NCBI GenBank assembly: GCA_900088475.1
Contig: FLMG01004074.1
Span: 1-42,276 of the forward strand
DNA from: Hyphochytrium catenoides
Lineage: Eukaryota; Protista; Hyphochytriomycota
DNA length: 42,276 nt
Reading direction: 5' to 3'
Shown: positions 7,532 through 18,300 of the stretch, one piece after another
Layout of the letters: the number at the start of each line of letters is the position of its first letter
How positions within the stretch are numbered: the stretch's first letter is position 1
Made by a program: the position numbers and the translations under genes
The notes under the pieces: model-generated
Seen by the model: only the letters and a program-made list of their open reading frames with translations
Databases searched by the model: none
What the model was told of the DNA's origin: nothing

Positions 7532-10500
7532 ATGAGGTACACTGCCGCTTTTCTAGGCGTGGTGGCGGCCATTGCCTTGATGGCCTCCGAGACTCTCATC
7601 GATCCTGAAGATGTCACTGCACTGCACTCAGAGGCAATGCTGCAGAAGTACTTGGTGGAGGGGCTACAGTCACCCAGGCTGACAGGATGGCCACTGAAAG
7701 TAATGCTACTTCATAAAGGGTTCGATCGTAACTTTCCTGAGTTCGACTCAACCGCAGTCTGCCTTCTTTCGGGTGTCCGTCGCGCATTGTATCCTAAGCT
7801 CACTACCATGTTGCCCACGTTGGAGCTTTCGCAGGCTTTCTGTTGTGCCAAGCAGTTCTGCATGATGAGGCTGATCTATCTCCCTTTCCTCATTCCATCC
7901 TGACAAACAACTACGTCTCTCTTATACCTTCTGCCGCCCTTGTGACGCAATTTCACTGCCAGGTCATGGCCCTACTGATTACCAGCCCCGTTATTGGCCC
8001 GACAGTAGCCAGTCTTTTAGTCAAGCAGAACAAGTTTGACCTCCCGAGAAGGTATCGACTTGAAGCACTTCTTTCTCTTTTGGACAAGCCTTTCCCTTGT
8101 TGATTCAATATATCTTTCACTGTCACTGCTCTTCCTCCGTCACTGCTCTTCTCCGCTCAGTCTCTCCCGACGTTAATAGCTGCTGTGGGTCTTTTGTATC
8201 TGTTGGCTGCATTCAAGTAGAGCTTTGTCCCTACAATCTATCTGAGAGTATCTTAAGGATCTTCACCGTATACTTCATGACGCTTTCACTTCCCGTCCGG
8301 TAGGTTTGCACTTGGTCTGGCTAATGACCACATTCCTCTCCCTTTTCCGGACGTGTTGGACGTGCCGCGGGCTATCCAGCAGGAGCATAAGGCGAAGGCA
8401 ACAAATTTCTCCATCCAGCGCTTTGCGGATACCTTCAAGGCCTATGAGGATTCTCTTTCTATCCCAAAGGTGCTCTTACTCTTGCCCGCTTTCATCCCAC
8501 CGTTATGGGGTCGTTGATTCTCCCTTACTTCTCTCTCTTTAGCCCTTGCTCCTCTCTTCGTCGGCAATCTGTTCTGCAGGACACTCTCTGGTTTTGCTTT
8601 GTAGTCTGAATTCGTCGTCTCTCTCTGTTGCCGTTGCGATAAAGATTGCCTTTAATTTCCTTGGTGATAAAGTTTCTGTTTGCTCATTCGACATTATTTT
8701 CTGGGCCTGGTCCCTGACTTGTACAGGGCGCACCATTTCTCTCAGCCAGCGACTACACTGCCAAGTATAGAGCTGGGGAGCTGACGCCATTAGTGGTGGC
8801 TAAGAAGCTTCTGCAAGAGATTGCCCGCACCAATGAGACGCTTCGAGCTTGGAATCAGCTAAAGGGAGATGACGTATTGGCACAAGCTGAGGCTTCAACT
8901 CGGCGCTACAAAGAGGGAAAAGTACTAGGACCATTGGATGGGGTGCCAATAGCGATCAAGGATGAGGTACAAAGCAACTCTGTTCTTTCTACCTTTTTAC
9001 GTGCTCCTTATAACTTCAAAGTCCCAGTCACACTTCTTGCTTGGTGAGGCGCCTCCGTTTGTCCCAGCCTGTTCACCTCGTCTTTCTCTTTTTGACCCTT
9101 ACTCGGTCTTCCTCTGGTGGATGAGCTGTGTGCCACCCACTTTGATCTGTTGCAGACGCTATACTCAATCCCATTTTGCGAGTTTACTATGTGTCTAGCA
9201 GTCTTCTTGACACTGGTCTGTTTATTCCTTTTTGTAATCTGCCCTTGATCAGGTTGACGTACGCGGGTATGCCACCACGTACGGTTCGTCCTTTCTCAAT
9301 TCTGTAGCTTCTGAGGATGCGACGGCTATTCAAAGGTTGAGGGACGCCGGAGCTATCATTGTAGGAAAGACTACTATGCACGAGTTCGGCATGGGAACCA
9401 GTGGCATTAATGTTCATCATGGTATAAAGACGGCGATTCTTCTTCCACTAGCTTCCAACTCTTTCTTCGATCGGTCCTTTGTGTGTCTGGACCTGCATCC
9501 AAAGATCATCCTTGACTAGCGCTTGCCAAGCAGGAAATCACAAACCTTCTGACCTTATTCGTTTGCCTAAATCCACGTCGATCGCCCAGGTACCCCACGC
9601 AATCCGTACAATCTCAAACACTTTCCTGGGGGATCTTCTGGTGGTTCTGCGGTAGCTGTAGCCTCTGGCCTAGTCCCTATCGCTGTGGGCTGTGATGGTG
9701 GTGGCTCTATACGCATCCCAAGCGCCTTGACCGGGATCTATGGCTTGAAAGCAACCTTTGGTCGGATTCCTCATCCTCCTGGCTTTTGTTATAGCGTTTG
9801 CCATATTGGCCCTATGACCGGCACTATCCAGGATTTGGCTATTTCCTATGCAGTGATGGCGGGAGCCAGCCCCGAAGATAAGTTTAGCCAAAAGCAGCCT
9901 CCAGTCCATCTGCATAGTTTGGAGCAGACGCTGCTGGAGGAAAGTGAAAGAGAAGGAGGAAAGAACAAGGGCCGCGGAGGGAAGACTCTAGAAGGCCTAA
10001 GAATCGGGGTGTACAAAGACCACTTTGAAAATGCAGATCCGGCCATAGTGAAGGCAGCGAGAGAAGCCGTAGTTAATCTGGAGAAGAGAGGAGCTCAAGT
10101 AGTAGATATTTCTCTCCCGTATCTGCACGTCATGAACAAGGCGCACACCATTATTATCGTAGCAGAAGCAGGCAACTGGATCGACCAGCACTTCAAAGTA
10201 CATCTACGGGACCTGTCACCTGAACTTCAGGTACTTATAAGAGACAGAACTCCGACATCTGTTGCTGGTCCCTCTCTCTCCCTCTTCTCTTCGCCTATAC
10301 CCACTCCTTGTACTATAATCTCCAGCTTTCCCGGAGCAGAATCTCTCAGAAAGATAGGGTGTTCTTCGATGTCCAACTAACACGCCTCTGGTGACGTCAC
10401 CCTTATCATCCGTTTATTGCTGATTCCAGATATCATTTGCACTGGGAAAACAGTTCACTGCGCGGGACCTTCTTTCTTCCCATCAAGTGCGGTCCTACGC

Positions 10501-11085
10501 TGCGGCTAAGTTGAAAGAGATATTTAAGAAAGTTGATGTCATAGCAACCCCTGCCACGTCCATCACCGCCCCTCCCATCCTTGACGACATTGAGCCCTTT
10601 GGAGAGTCAGGTGAGGGCCTGGGGGCCTCTCTCTTTTTCTCTTCCTGATGTATGGAATTCTTCGCTATCTCCCTTCGGTCTACTTTTTCCTATCCTTCAA
10701 AGATTTCGACGATCAGTAACTGGGTCGAGGATCATCGGTCTAGTCGGCAGCGCAGTCGTACGTCTTCGCTCAAGCATGTTCTCTTTTCTTAGTGTCCTGC
10801 ATCTCGCTTTCAAGCCTCTCTAACCCCACTCTTATGTTGAATGTCTCAGACGTCAGTAAGACTGCTCGGATAATGACCTTTGCACCGCTTGCCAACCTGG
10901 TGGGCAATCCCTCCGTTGTCGTCCCTGTTGGCTACGATGACCATGGTCTCCCGATAGCGCTGCAATTTGACGGTGATATGTGGAGGGAGGACTTGCTGCT
11001 GAAGGTTGCAGCCGTGACAGAGGAAGAGGTCACAAGAAAGCTTAGAAGGAAGCCAGAGGTTTTCTCCTCAGTCCTCAGAAATTAG
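7532..11085 (+). CDS. Amidase-signature family hydrolase, plant-type fatty acid amide hydrolase (FAAH)-like, with an N-terminal signal-like segment; 8 exons
   Basis: In-frame GT-AG exons: 7532-7699, 7963-8051, 8304-8469, 8727-8966, 9253-9421, 9590-10230, 10430-10610, 10850-11085. Catalytic Lys (GPLDGVPIAIKDE), GKTTMHEFG, TPRNPY, GGSSGGS (cis-Ser) and GCDGGGSIRIPS (nucleophile Ser) are all present. The N-terminal SPRLTGWPLKVMALLITSPVIGPTVASLLVKQN resembles the plant FAAH N-terminal region. Confidence 0.92.
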
Positions 11086-11430
11086 ATACTTCCCTCTTTG
11101 CCCAAAGCCTCGCGGTCTATTACTTCGATCTTGAGCGTTCATAAGTTGGGGCCGCCTGTCTCTGAGGAAGTGGGACTGGAGCATCTTCTGAGGGATATAC
11201 AAATGAGATATATAGCTAGCAACTACATAGCAACGTGACCTGCTAAGAGCACTTACCGTGATTAGAAGGCTGACATGCTCTATGAAAGCCTAATGTTGGG
11301 TGCGCGGTGACTTCTCCTCTAATCGAGACGACCCAAACGCCTTGCGCCTAACCTGACGTTGAACTACGGAAGGTCGACCTTATCGGACTTAGTTATCCTT
11401 ACTGACTCCTGATTAGTAAGCCTGCAGAGC

Positions 11431-11471
11431 TGTCTCAATGACGTAAGAAAATGTCTCAATGACGTAAGAAA
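11431..11471. repeat. 21-bp tandem duplication TGTCTCAATGACGTAAGAAA(A) x2
   Basis: Copies start at 11431 and 11452; each contains TGACGT (ATF/CRE-like core). Confidence 0.85.
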
Positions 11472-12142
11472 CTAGCTGGGACAGAAGTGAGTACGACCAT
11501 TACCCTTGACTAGCTATTTTGCGCGTGGGGAATGCTCTAACGGGCGTCAAACGCGTAGATGGTAACCGTGGCTTGTGCCATTCCTAAGCAGTATTCTACA
11601 TTTACGTAGGGCTACCCTTACACCTAAGGAAGCGAGATCACAGGCTGGATTTGCCATCATGTCTGACCACGTTCGCACCATTAGAGGTAGTCTTGCTGTT
11701 CGAGCAACCGCCGTGAATAATGATTAGATATTAGTGAGGGTGGGAGTAATGACAAAGAAAGACAGCTAGCCCACGATGATGACTGGAAGATAGAGACAGA
11801 TGCACCTTCGAACAGTGTCGTTAGCGCAAGGGCTAGCAAGATAGATGATGAGTCCAGTTCGCTCGCGGTCTGTGCACCAGCTAACGCATGTGAATCTCTG
11901 AGTTCGAGTGGGATGGACGCTCCTTAAGGTACTTCCACTCGTTAGTACGAGGTAGTCTAGGCAGAGCGCAGAATATTCATAGCGTCTTCGGATGATGATT
12001 CACTCAACGCAACTCTGATTGTACCCGGTAATGCTGAATGAGGTCTATCCTATGATGGTGCTCGAAGAATAGCCCAATGGCTGCCTCACTGACACTCCAT
12101 TGATTGGGATTATGGCAGCTCCAAGGCTGGCGGAAGTAGCAG

Positions 12143-12574
12143 CTAAGCGTTCAGAGTTTGCAGGAGGCACTTCAATCCTTCATCCTTGGCCTTCTGCTTT
12201 GGATATCTCTTCTTCTTATGCTTACGGAGGTATTCGATGAGATCCCTGCGGGAGGCATGAATCTCAAAGTGACCCTTAAGAAAGTCCGTGATGCAGATAT
12301 TAAGGCCTTTCTTGCACTTTTTTATCGTGTCAGCTGCTGGTAGATCAACCGCCTCGCGGATGCGCTGGAGACGCAATAGCTCATCCTTAGTGGACAGCAC
12401 AATCAGAACCTTGAGACGAATAACCTCTTTCTCAAAACGGCGCTTCTTCCACTTGTTCTTTGCAGCATGAGACCTGAGAAGTGTGACCACCTCCTCGTCC
12501 GCGCCACGGCAATTGATATCTACGGAGCAGTCAACTCCCAGACTCTTGAAGAAGTCCGACAGGCGATGGCACAT
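12143..12574 (-). CDS. Hypothetical basic protein resembling an uncharacterised family with a TIxxCKKxL...DF...L.EY...YPKxxAKxxGLxxLL C-terminus; possibly decaying
   Basis: 143-aa intronless ORF with good ATG context. The C-terminal half LPAADTIKKCKKGLNICITDFL...LIEYLRKHKKKRYPKQKAKDEGLKCLLQTL recalls a conserved unknown-function family I associate with fungi and protists (from memory, not searched). Confidence 0.55.
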   Translation of the reverse strand: MCHRLSDFFKSLGVDCSVDINCRGADEEVVTLLRSHAAKNKWKKRRFEKEVIRLKVLIVLSTKDELLRLQRIREAVDLPAADTIKKCKKGLNICITDFLKGHFEIHASRRDLIEYLRKHKKKRYPKQKAKDEGLKCLLQTLNA

Positions 12575-12677
12575 TGCTCTACAGAGTCATTCATATCTTA
12601 GTCTTCCGTAGGCAGCTTTCAGTTCATGACTTCATGCAATATCCTACCTCAATGATGCTGACTCTGTAGAGCAATGT
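12571..12677. repeat. Perfect 19-bp inverted repeat containing two divergent ATGs
   Basis: ACATTGCTCTACAGAGTCA (12571-12589) is the exact reverse complement of TGACTCTGTAGAGCAATGT (12659-12677); spacer 69 bp. Confidence 0.9.
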
Positions 12678-13145
12678 TTCTTAACAAACAGCTCTCTCCG
12701 GTGTTCGAATGGATGGAAACCTTCAGTACCTTGGAGGATTTCTGTGCGTACCAAGCGGCAAACTGACTAATGAGCTTACTTTTTGGATGCGTTGATTGAA
12801 GTGTCGACGGAACCCTCCTGTCCTCCTTCCTCTCTCAACCCCATCAATTGTGTTTGATATCGTCTACTGTGCGTCGACCGGGGCATCCGTCTTTGGAGAC
12901 TTTCTCAGGTGATAGTAGTCTGTCCTCGTGTTATTCTAAAGGTAATTGGACTATCAGGACTCCCTGCATTCCAGGCAGCTGCGGCGCAGTGTCAAGGTTC
13001 GAGGTGAGGCGTTTCTGGATAAATATCGGCAGGTCTCCGAACTCCCTGGAAGGATTGGAAATGCCCGGCTGTCGTGGAGAGCGTCATTGGAGGTGATGAA
13101 TACTTTCCTGGATGGCGGGTCACTCTCAGGGCCACTCTGTTCTAA
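12674..13145 (+). pseudogene. Possible disrupted gene divergent from the 143-aa ORF
   Basis: ATG at 12674 gives MFLNKQLSPVFEWMETFSTLEDFCAYQAAN*, followed by protein-like fragments in other frames (SIVFDIVYCASTGASVFGDFLR; LDYQDSLHSRQLRRSVKVRGEAFLDKYRQVSEL). No family recognised. Confidence 0.25.
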
Positions 13146-13399
13146 CTCTCCAGGAGAAAAAGAGCTGGACTCCGTCAGAGGAGACAAGAAAGGTTCCATT
13201 CATGGCGGATGGGAGACGAGAACCAGGCCCATCGAAGTGGCGGGAAGAACAACAGTGATGCCGCCCAATTATAAAGCTACTACCCTTTATCAGTGGAAAC
13301 CTCAAGCTAGGGGACCACGTGGATGAGGAAGAAGGATAATCGAGCAGCTGGTTGGAGAAGAGGAAGAGGCGATGTCCGAAGACGAAGACCAAGGGCCGG

Positions 13400-15090
13400 T
13401 GCCGCACGCAGAGATCTTCAATCTTTGGAAGCCACGGACGGAGTTGAAGTTGCAGGTGAGCGTCAAGAAGTAAAGCGGCGCCGCTTATAAGTAAGTATCC
13501 TGAGTACTTACTATACTTGGGAACTGAATGAAGTCTATCTCTAGATCTGAGTATTATCTGCATAGTGGAGCTTGGCAAGTAAGTATGGGACCTACTACTC
13601 TATAAGGGACTTGCGCGTGACATACATTCTGGCACCAAAACTGGAGAAATCTTCATCAGCACAATAGAAGCTCAACGGCAAGCCAAGAAAGACAGACAGT
13701 TCTTCTTATCGTCTTCAAGGGCCAGCCGGGCCAGCAGCCTCGTGTATGTAGACACTGCGGAGAAGTGGAGCAGAGCATGGCAAGTAAGGCGTCTAGGCTA
13801 TCATGTCCTCAATTGTTTGCGGCACTCAAGGCAGTGGTCGTGAACGATAGTCCGACGCGGCCTCAGTCAGCAGTCAGCTGCAACCAGCGAGGCTAGGGGA
13901 GCTCACTGTTTGAGGTCCAGAAAGCCGGGAATTGCAAACATAAATATGCTATGCTCTCTACGAAGAGCATCTTCCGCCTTGAAATAGAGCGTTGCGATTG
14001 TGACTGTTGTCATGCGATTAGAACTGGGGAGTGTGAACGTCCACCTTTAGTACTATTGCGATATGAGAACTGCGCAAAGGGTTGCAGTTATGCTCCACGT
14101 CTCTCAGCTTATTGGACACTCCAGGCCGACGTCAGCGCTCTTTGGCGGTGGTTCGGGTGTCCTTGAAGCTCGAAGATGTCACACACGGCTCACGACCAAC
14201 TACTGTACTTGCTGGTCTTTAGATGGAGACGGCACCCGGTAAGCCCATTACTGAGCGGTGAGCCACAGCGTGGCACATGTCTCCCTTAATAAAAACGGAT
14301 TGAGCTTCACAACGGGATAGCCGATATATACTTGCCCATAGACTTCTTGTCACTCCTCCTTCTGGTTATTCCAGCGCTTTTCCGCCTAGCAGTGACGCTG
14401 AATGGATCGTCAGGTCCCTGTCTCTCGCGATGCAGTGGTCACCTTGTCGCAGGGTCCTTCGTATTGCCGGTCGCCAACAAGGAAGGCTTTAGCTTGGAGA
14501 AGCGCGGCGAGGGACATACAGGCAGCACGGCAGCGTCCTGCTGCGGCACCGGAAGTACTTTTCAGCTAGAGCTACATCCATTAGTATGTCTTTGAAGTGT
14601 TGGCCGCAACGCGAGTAAGATAGCTACCTCTACAACTATCTCTAACAGGAACGGCCAGATGCTCTGAGTCAATTGCCACCAAAACCTGCTTAAAGACACT
14701 CCATTTCTCGCTCCCATGGCTATTGCCTTTGCTAAGACGCATCAACTCAAATGATAAGATTCCCTGAGAGATTGGTATATGAACAGAGAGGAGAAGCTAT
14801 GCAGATGGGACAGGTCTCAGACAAGAAAGCACGATGTCACTACGAGAGCAGGAGAGCAATTTTTTAGAGAGAGTGGTCGGTGGGCCCTGCGTTCCGCTTC
14901 ATAGCAGCTAAGTGCCGTTCGAAACATTTACTATGGTGGTTAAGGAGCTTACAGAGATCTTTATGTTATCGACAGAGTCTTTTTGCCATTGTTGGCTGAA
15001 TACAAGGCATCTGGCTCCCATTCGTCGCTGCTGTGCGATGTGTTGACTCCTTTCATTCACGGAAATCATAAGCCACATCTATAGGACAAA
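13400..15090 (+). mobile_element. Decayed non-LTR retrotransposon (LINE): ORF1 zinc knuckle + APE endonuclease remnants
   Basis: Ordered fragments: LASKYG...HSGTKTGEI (~13570-13655); VFKGQPGQQPRVCRHCGEVE (~13711-13770, ORF1 knuckle-like); IANINM (13931, cf. APE start IATxNxN); SNRNGQML*VNCHQNLLKDTPF (14641, cf. NxNGxxLxxFCxxxxLxxxNTxF); IDRVFL (14968). Numerous stops and frameshifts. Confidence 0.45.
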
Positions 15091-15308
15091 CTTCAAAATG
15101 TATGTCCCTGACTAATCTACATAACCGACGGAGCGGGCAGGATGAGGGACACGACAATACAAAGATAGCAAGATGGCAGGTGGTCAAGGTAAGAGCTGCG
15201 ATAAAGAGAGATATGGCCAGCTGAGACCCTGCCAGCCACTACCATTCCATCAATCTGCACTGGATGTTGACCGAGTTCAGACTTCATCATGTGAAGGACT
15301 CCGTAGGG

Positions 15309-18300
15309 TCAAACAACCGCCGACTGGCCTCGATAAAGACTCTGACATTCCAGCTCACCAAGTTTCTCGATAGTAAAGGGATGAGGGAGGAAGTATTTCT
15401 CTGTTGGCGGTGATGTGAGAGAGACCTCTTTCTCTGCCTCTGAGAAGAGAGAGAGGCTATCTTGGCTCTCAACCGTCATCTCTCTCGACAGGAGAACGTT
15501 TTGCTTGGTGATGTCATCCATCAACACAGACAATTCAGTCGGGCTGAGAACCTGAATATGTCCAAGGATCTCCGCCTTGGAACAAGAGGGTACAGAGAGA
15601 GAGAGAGTAGGATGGACCACGTTAGGAATTGTCAACGCAAGTAAGAGAGAGAGAAGATGACAGGTCCAGGTAATAGACGTGGGCTGATGCTACGAAGAAA
15701 GTCAAACTATAAGGTTAGGACGATCACGGGGACTAAGTATCATGGGACTATCGCGAAGCAGAACATAGCTTGTGTCTCGCCTACCTCGGTGGCCCCAGGA
15801 TGGAGGAGAACATACTCCACGACGCTCCTCCTTAATCTTTGTAGAGCAGCAACGTTGACTGAGCCGTCAAGGAGGAGCCATGGGTAAGCGACAGTCCATT
15901 TGTCACGGTCGTAGACAATCTTCTTCCGTATGAGTCCTTCTTTATCTCTGTCTTCGTCTAGACCACGTGAAGTATCATCTTGAATCTCGTATGCCGTCAG
16001 AATCCATGGATTGGCAGCAGAAGAAAGGACTAAGCGGAACTCACTGCCGCTGCAGACACGGACAATCTTTCGTTCTTCAATCAGGCGAGAAATGAGGAGC
16101 TGACCTTCGTGCATAGTTAACCCTTTCCCCTCAGTCTCCTTACTCAGATGCTTATATAACTCTTCTTCGGGCATACCCCACTGTCCAGCTTCCGTGAGAG
16201 TCTGTAGCACAATTCCAATGGCTGTTTCCGTGGCCGGGGCTTGCAAGAGGAGAGGGTCAGGTGAACGCGAACGGCTGTACTGCGCGCCGTCCACCGACGC
16301 CTTGACTATGTTCCCTTCCGCCATTGGACGTATGTATACGTCCCACGAAGGGACATACCGTTCAGTGATGTCTGAGCCAGCCGTTCTGTCTCCCGGTCTT
16401 CGTCCTCCTCCTGCATAGATCTCTGCGAGATGGGCACTCACTCCCTTCCCTGTAATGCCTCCCTTTCCTTCCTCTCCGCCGAGGGTGTCACTCGCCACTG
16501 TATCGTTTCTCTCTGCCTTTAACCTCAATCTCTTGCAGGCACGCAATGATAGGAGTTCAGCGATCTCTCCTCCTGTCCCTCCCTCTTCATACTTCAACCA
16601 GCTATCCTCCTCCAACATCCCCTCTTCTTCTCTGTCTCGTTTTCTTCGGAATCTCTCTTTTGTCTCCCATGCCTGTCTGAACATTTCCTTGGGATAGATT
16701 CTGCCACTTTTGCCGCCCATTCTTTCTCTAAATTGCTGAGAGAACTCAAACAACCTGCCTCCCTCTTTGTAGATGACTATCCACCCTTTTCTCCACATAT
16801 AGCGGAAGGCAGCCTTGACTTCTACTTCCGGGTAGAAGGAGAGAGATTGATGGGTGACGGTCTCGTCAGATGCTTCTCTGGGCGAAAAGAGGATTTGCTT
16901 CAAACGGCAAAGAAGAGCATTCTGAGATGGCTGTAGGCGTTCATCTTGTCCATCGCCGTTCCCTTTTTCTCCACTCTCAAGATTCGGGGCAAGAGTCTGA
17001 GAAGAGAGAGAGTGATGGCCTTTCAAAGCAATGGCACGACGTCTGCAGCTTTCTGGATCACGATTTAACGTCTCTCCCAGCTCCTCATAGTCTATGCTAT
17101 GAAGAGCAACACCGAGATCAATCTCTCCTCCCTCCTTCCAAGGAAAGTCGTACTCCTCTGCCTCCTCGTCACTGAACTGGAGCATTGGAGGAAACGCTCT
17201 AGGGCTTTTGCTCTGTTTGAGAGCACTTAACAGGATAGCGTCTTCGGCCTCCGTCCATGCTCCTCCGTCCCCAGAAGTAGATGTAAGCACCTCTCTCTCT
17301 ATTCGCATCAAAGGAGTACTGCCAGTTTCTTCTTCCTCGTGCTCCACCGGCTTCACTTTGGGCACAGCTTTTCTTTCTCGCCATGGTTTCGGCAAATAGA
17401 GGAAAGGAAGGTTGTAAAGCGGCTTTGGTAGATAATTGTGCCCATTTGGTGCCTCTCTGCCGCCTTCAACTGTGAGAGAGAGAGACGATGTACTCTTCTC
17501 CTTGCGAAGAGAGAGGAACTGCAGCCAAGCCCAAAATCGAGAGAGCTCGTTGAGGCTAGTGAGTTTGAATGTCAGAGGAATAATGTCTGACGACTCCTTC
17601 TTTCCCTTTTCTGGAAAGACAACGTACTTCCGAGACACCTTCACTTGCTCTAGCTCTCCCTGATTTACTGCTGCTGACTCTTCTGCCTTCTCTGATGTCT
17701 CCGTCATCCCCGAATCAGAATCGGCATCTGTCGCGATGTGGACTCGACTGAGACAACGATAGCGAATGCTTGAGCTGGGACGTGCAGCAGGAGGGGCGAC
17801 ACGGGCAGGAAAAGAGTCCAATCTGCCATCACACGCAGCAAGAGAAACACAAGCTTGCGGATCTAACATGTCAATGAGCCGCAACTTGTTCAAAATATTG
17901 AGCGGGATCTGCACCCTTCCCACCTGATGCCTCGAGAGCAAACGGAAGACCTCTGCTTTGGAGACGGGTCGTTGTTCTTCTTCTTTCCTCTCTTCTCCTT
18001 CACCCACCACCTCCATCTCTTCTTCACTGACAGTGACCAGAACGTTCTTGGCCTCCGCTAGAGTTCTCATGGTCTGATTTTCCTTTAAACACTGCCAGAG
18101 AGCATGCTCATACTTAACTGGATAAGTAGAATGTACCCCGACAAGAGCAATGAAGGTCCGGAGGGGAAGCGTGAGAAAGAGCTCAGACAGGGAAAAAGAT
18201 GTCTCGTCCAGGCTTAAAGCCTTTTCGTCTGCCTTCTTCTTCGCGAAGGTCCACATCTCTTTGTGGAGCTCTTTGGCTCTCACCATCTTCGCCGCGATGA

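Noticed and set aside
11770-11905. C/D-box snoRNA (ATGATGA...CTGA)
   Set aside because: No terminal stem or recognisable rRNA guide; the boxes fall in an Asp-rich decayed reading frame.
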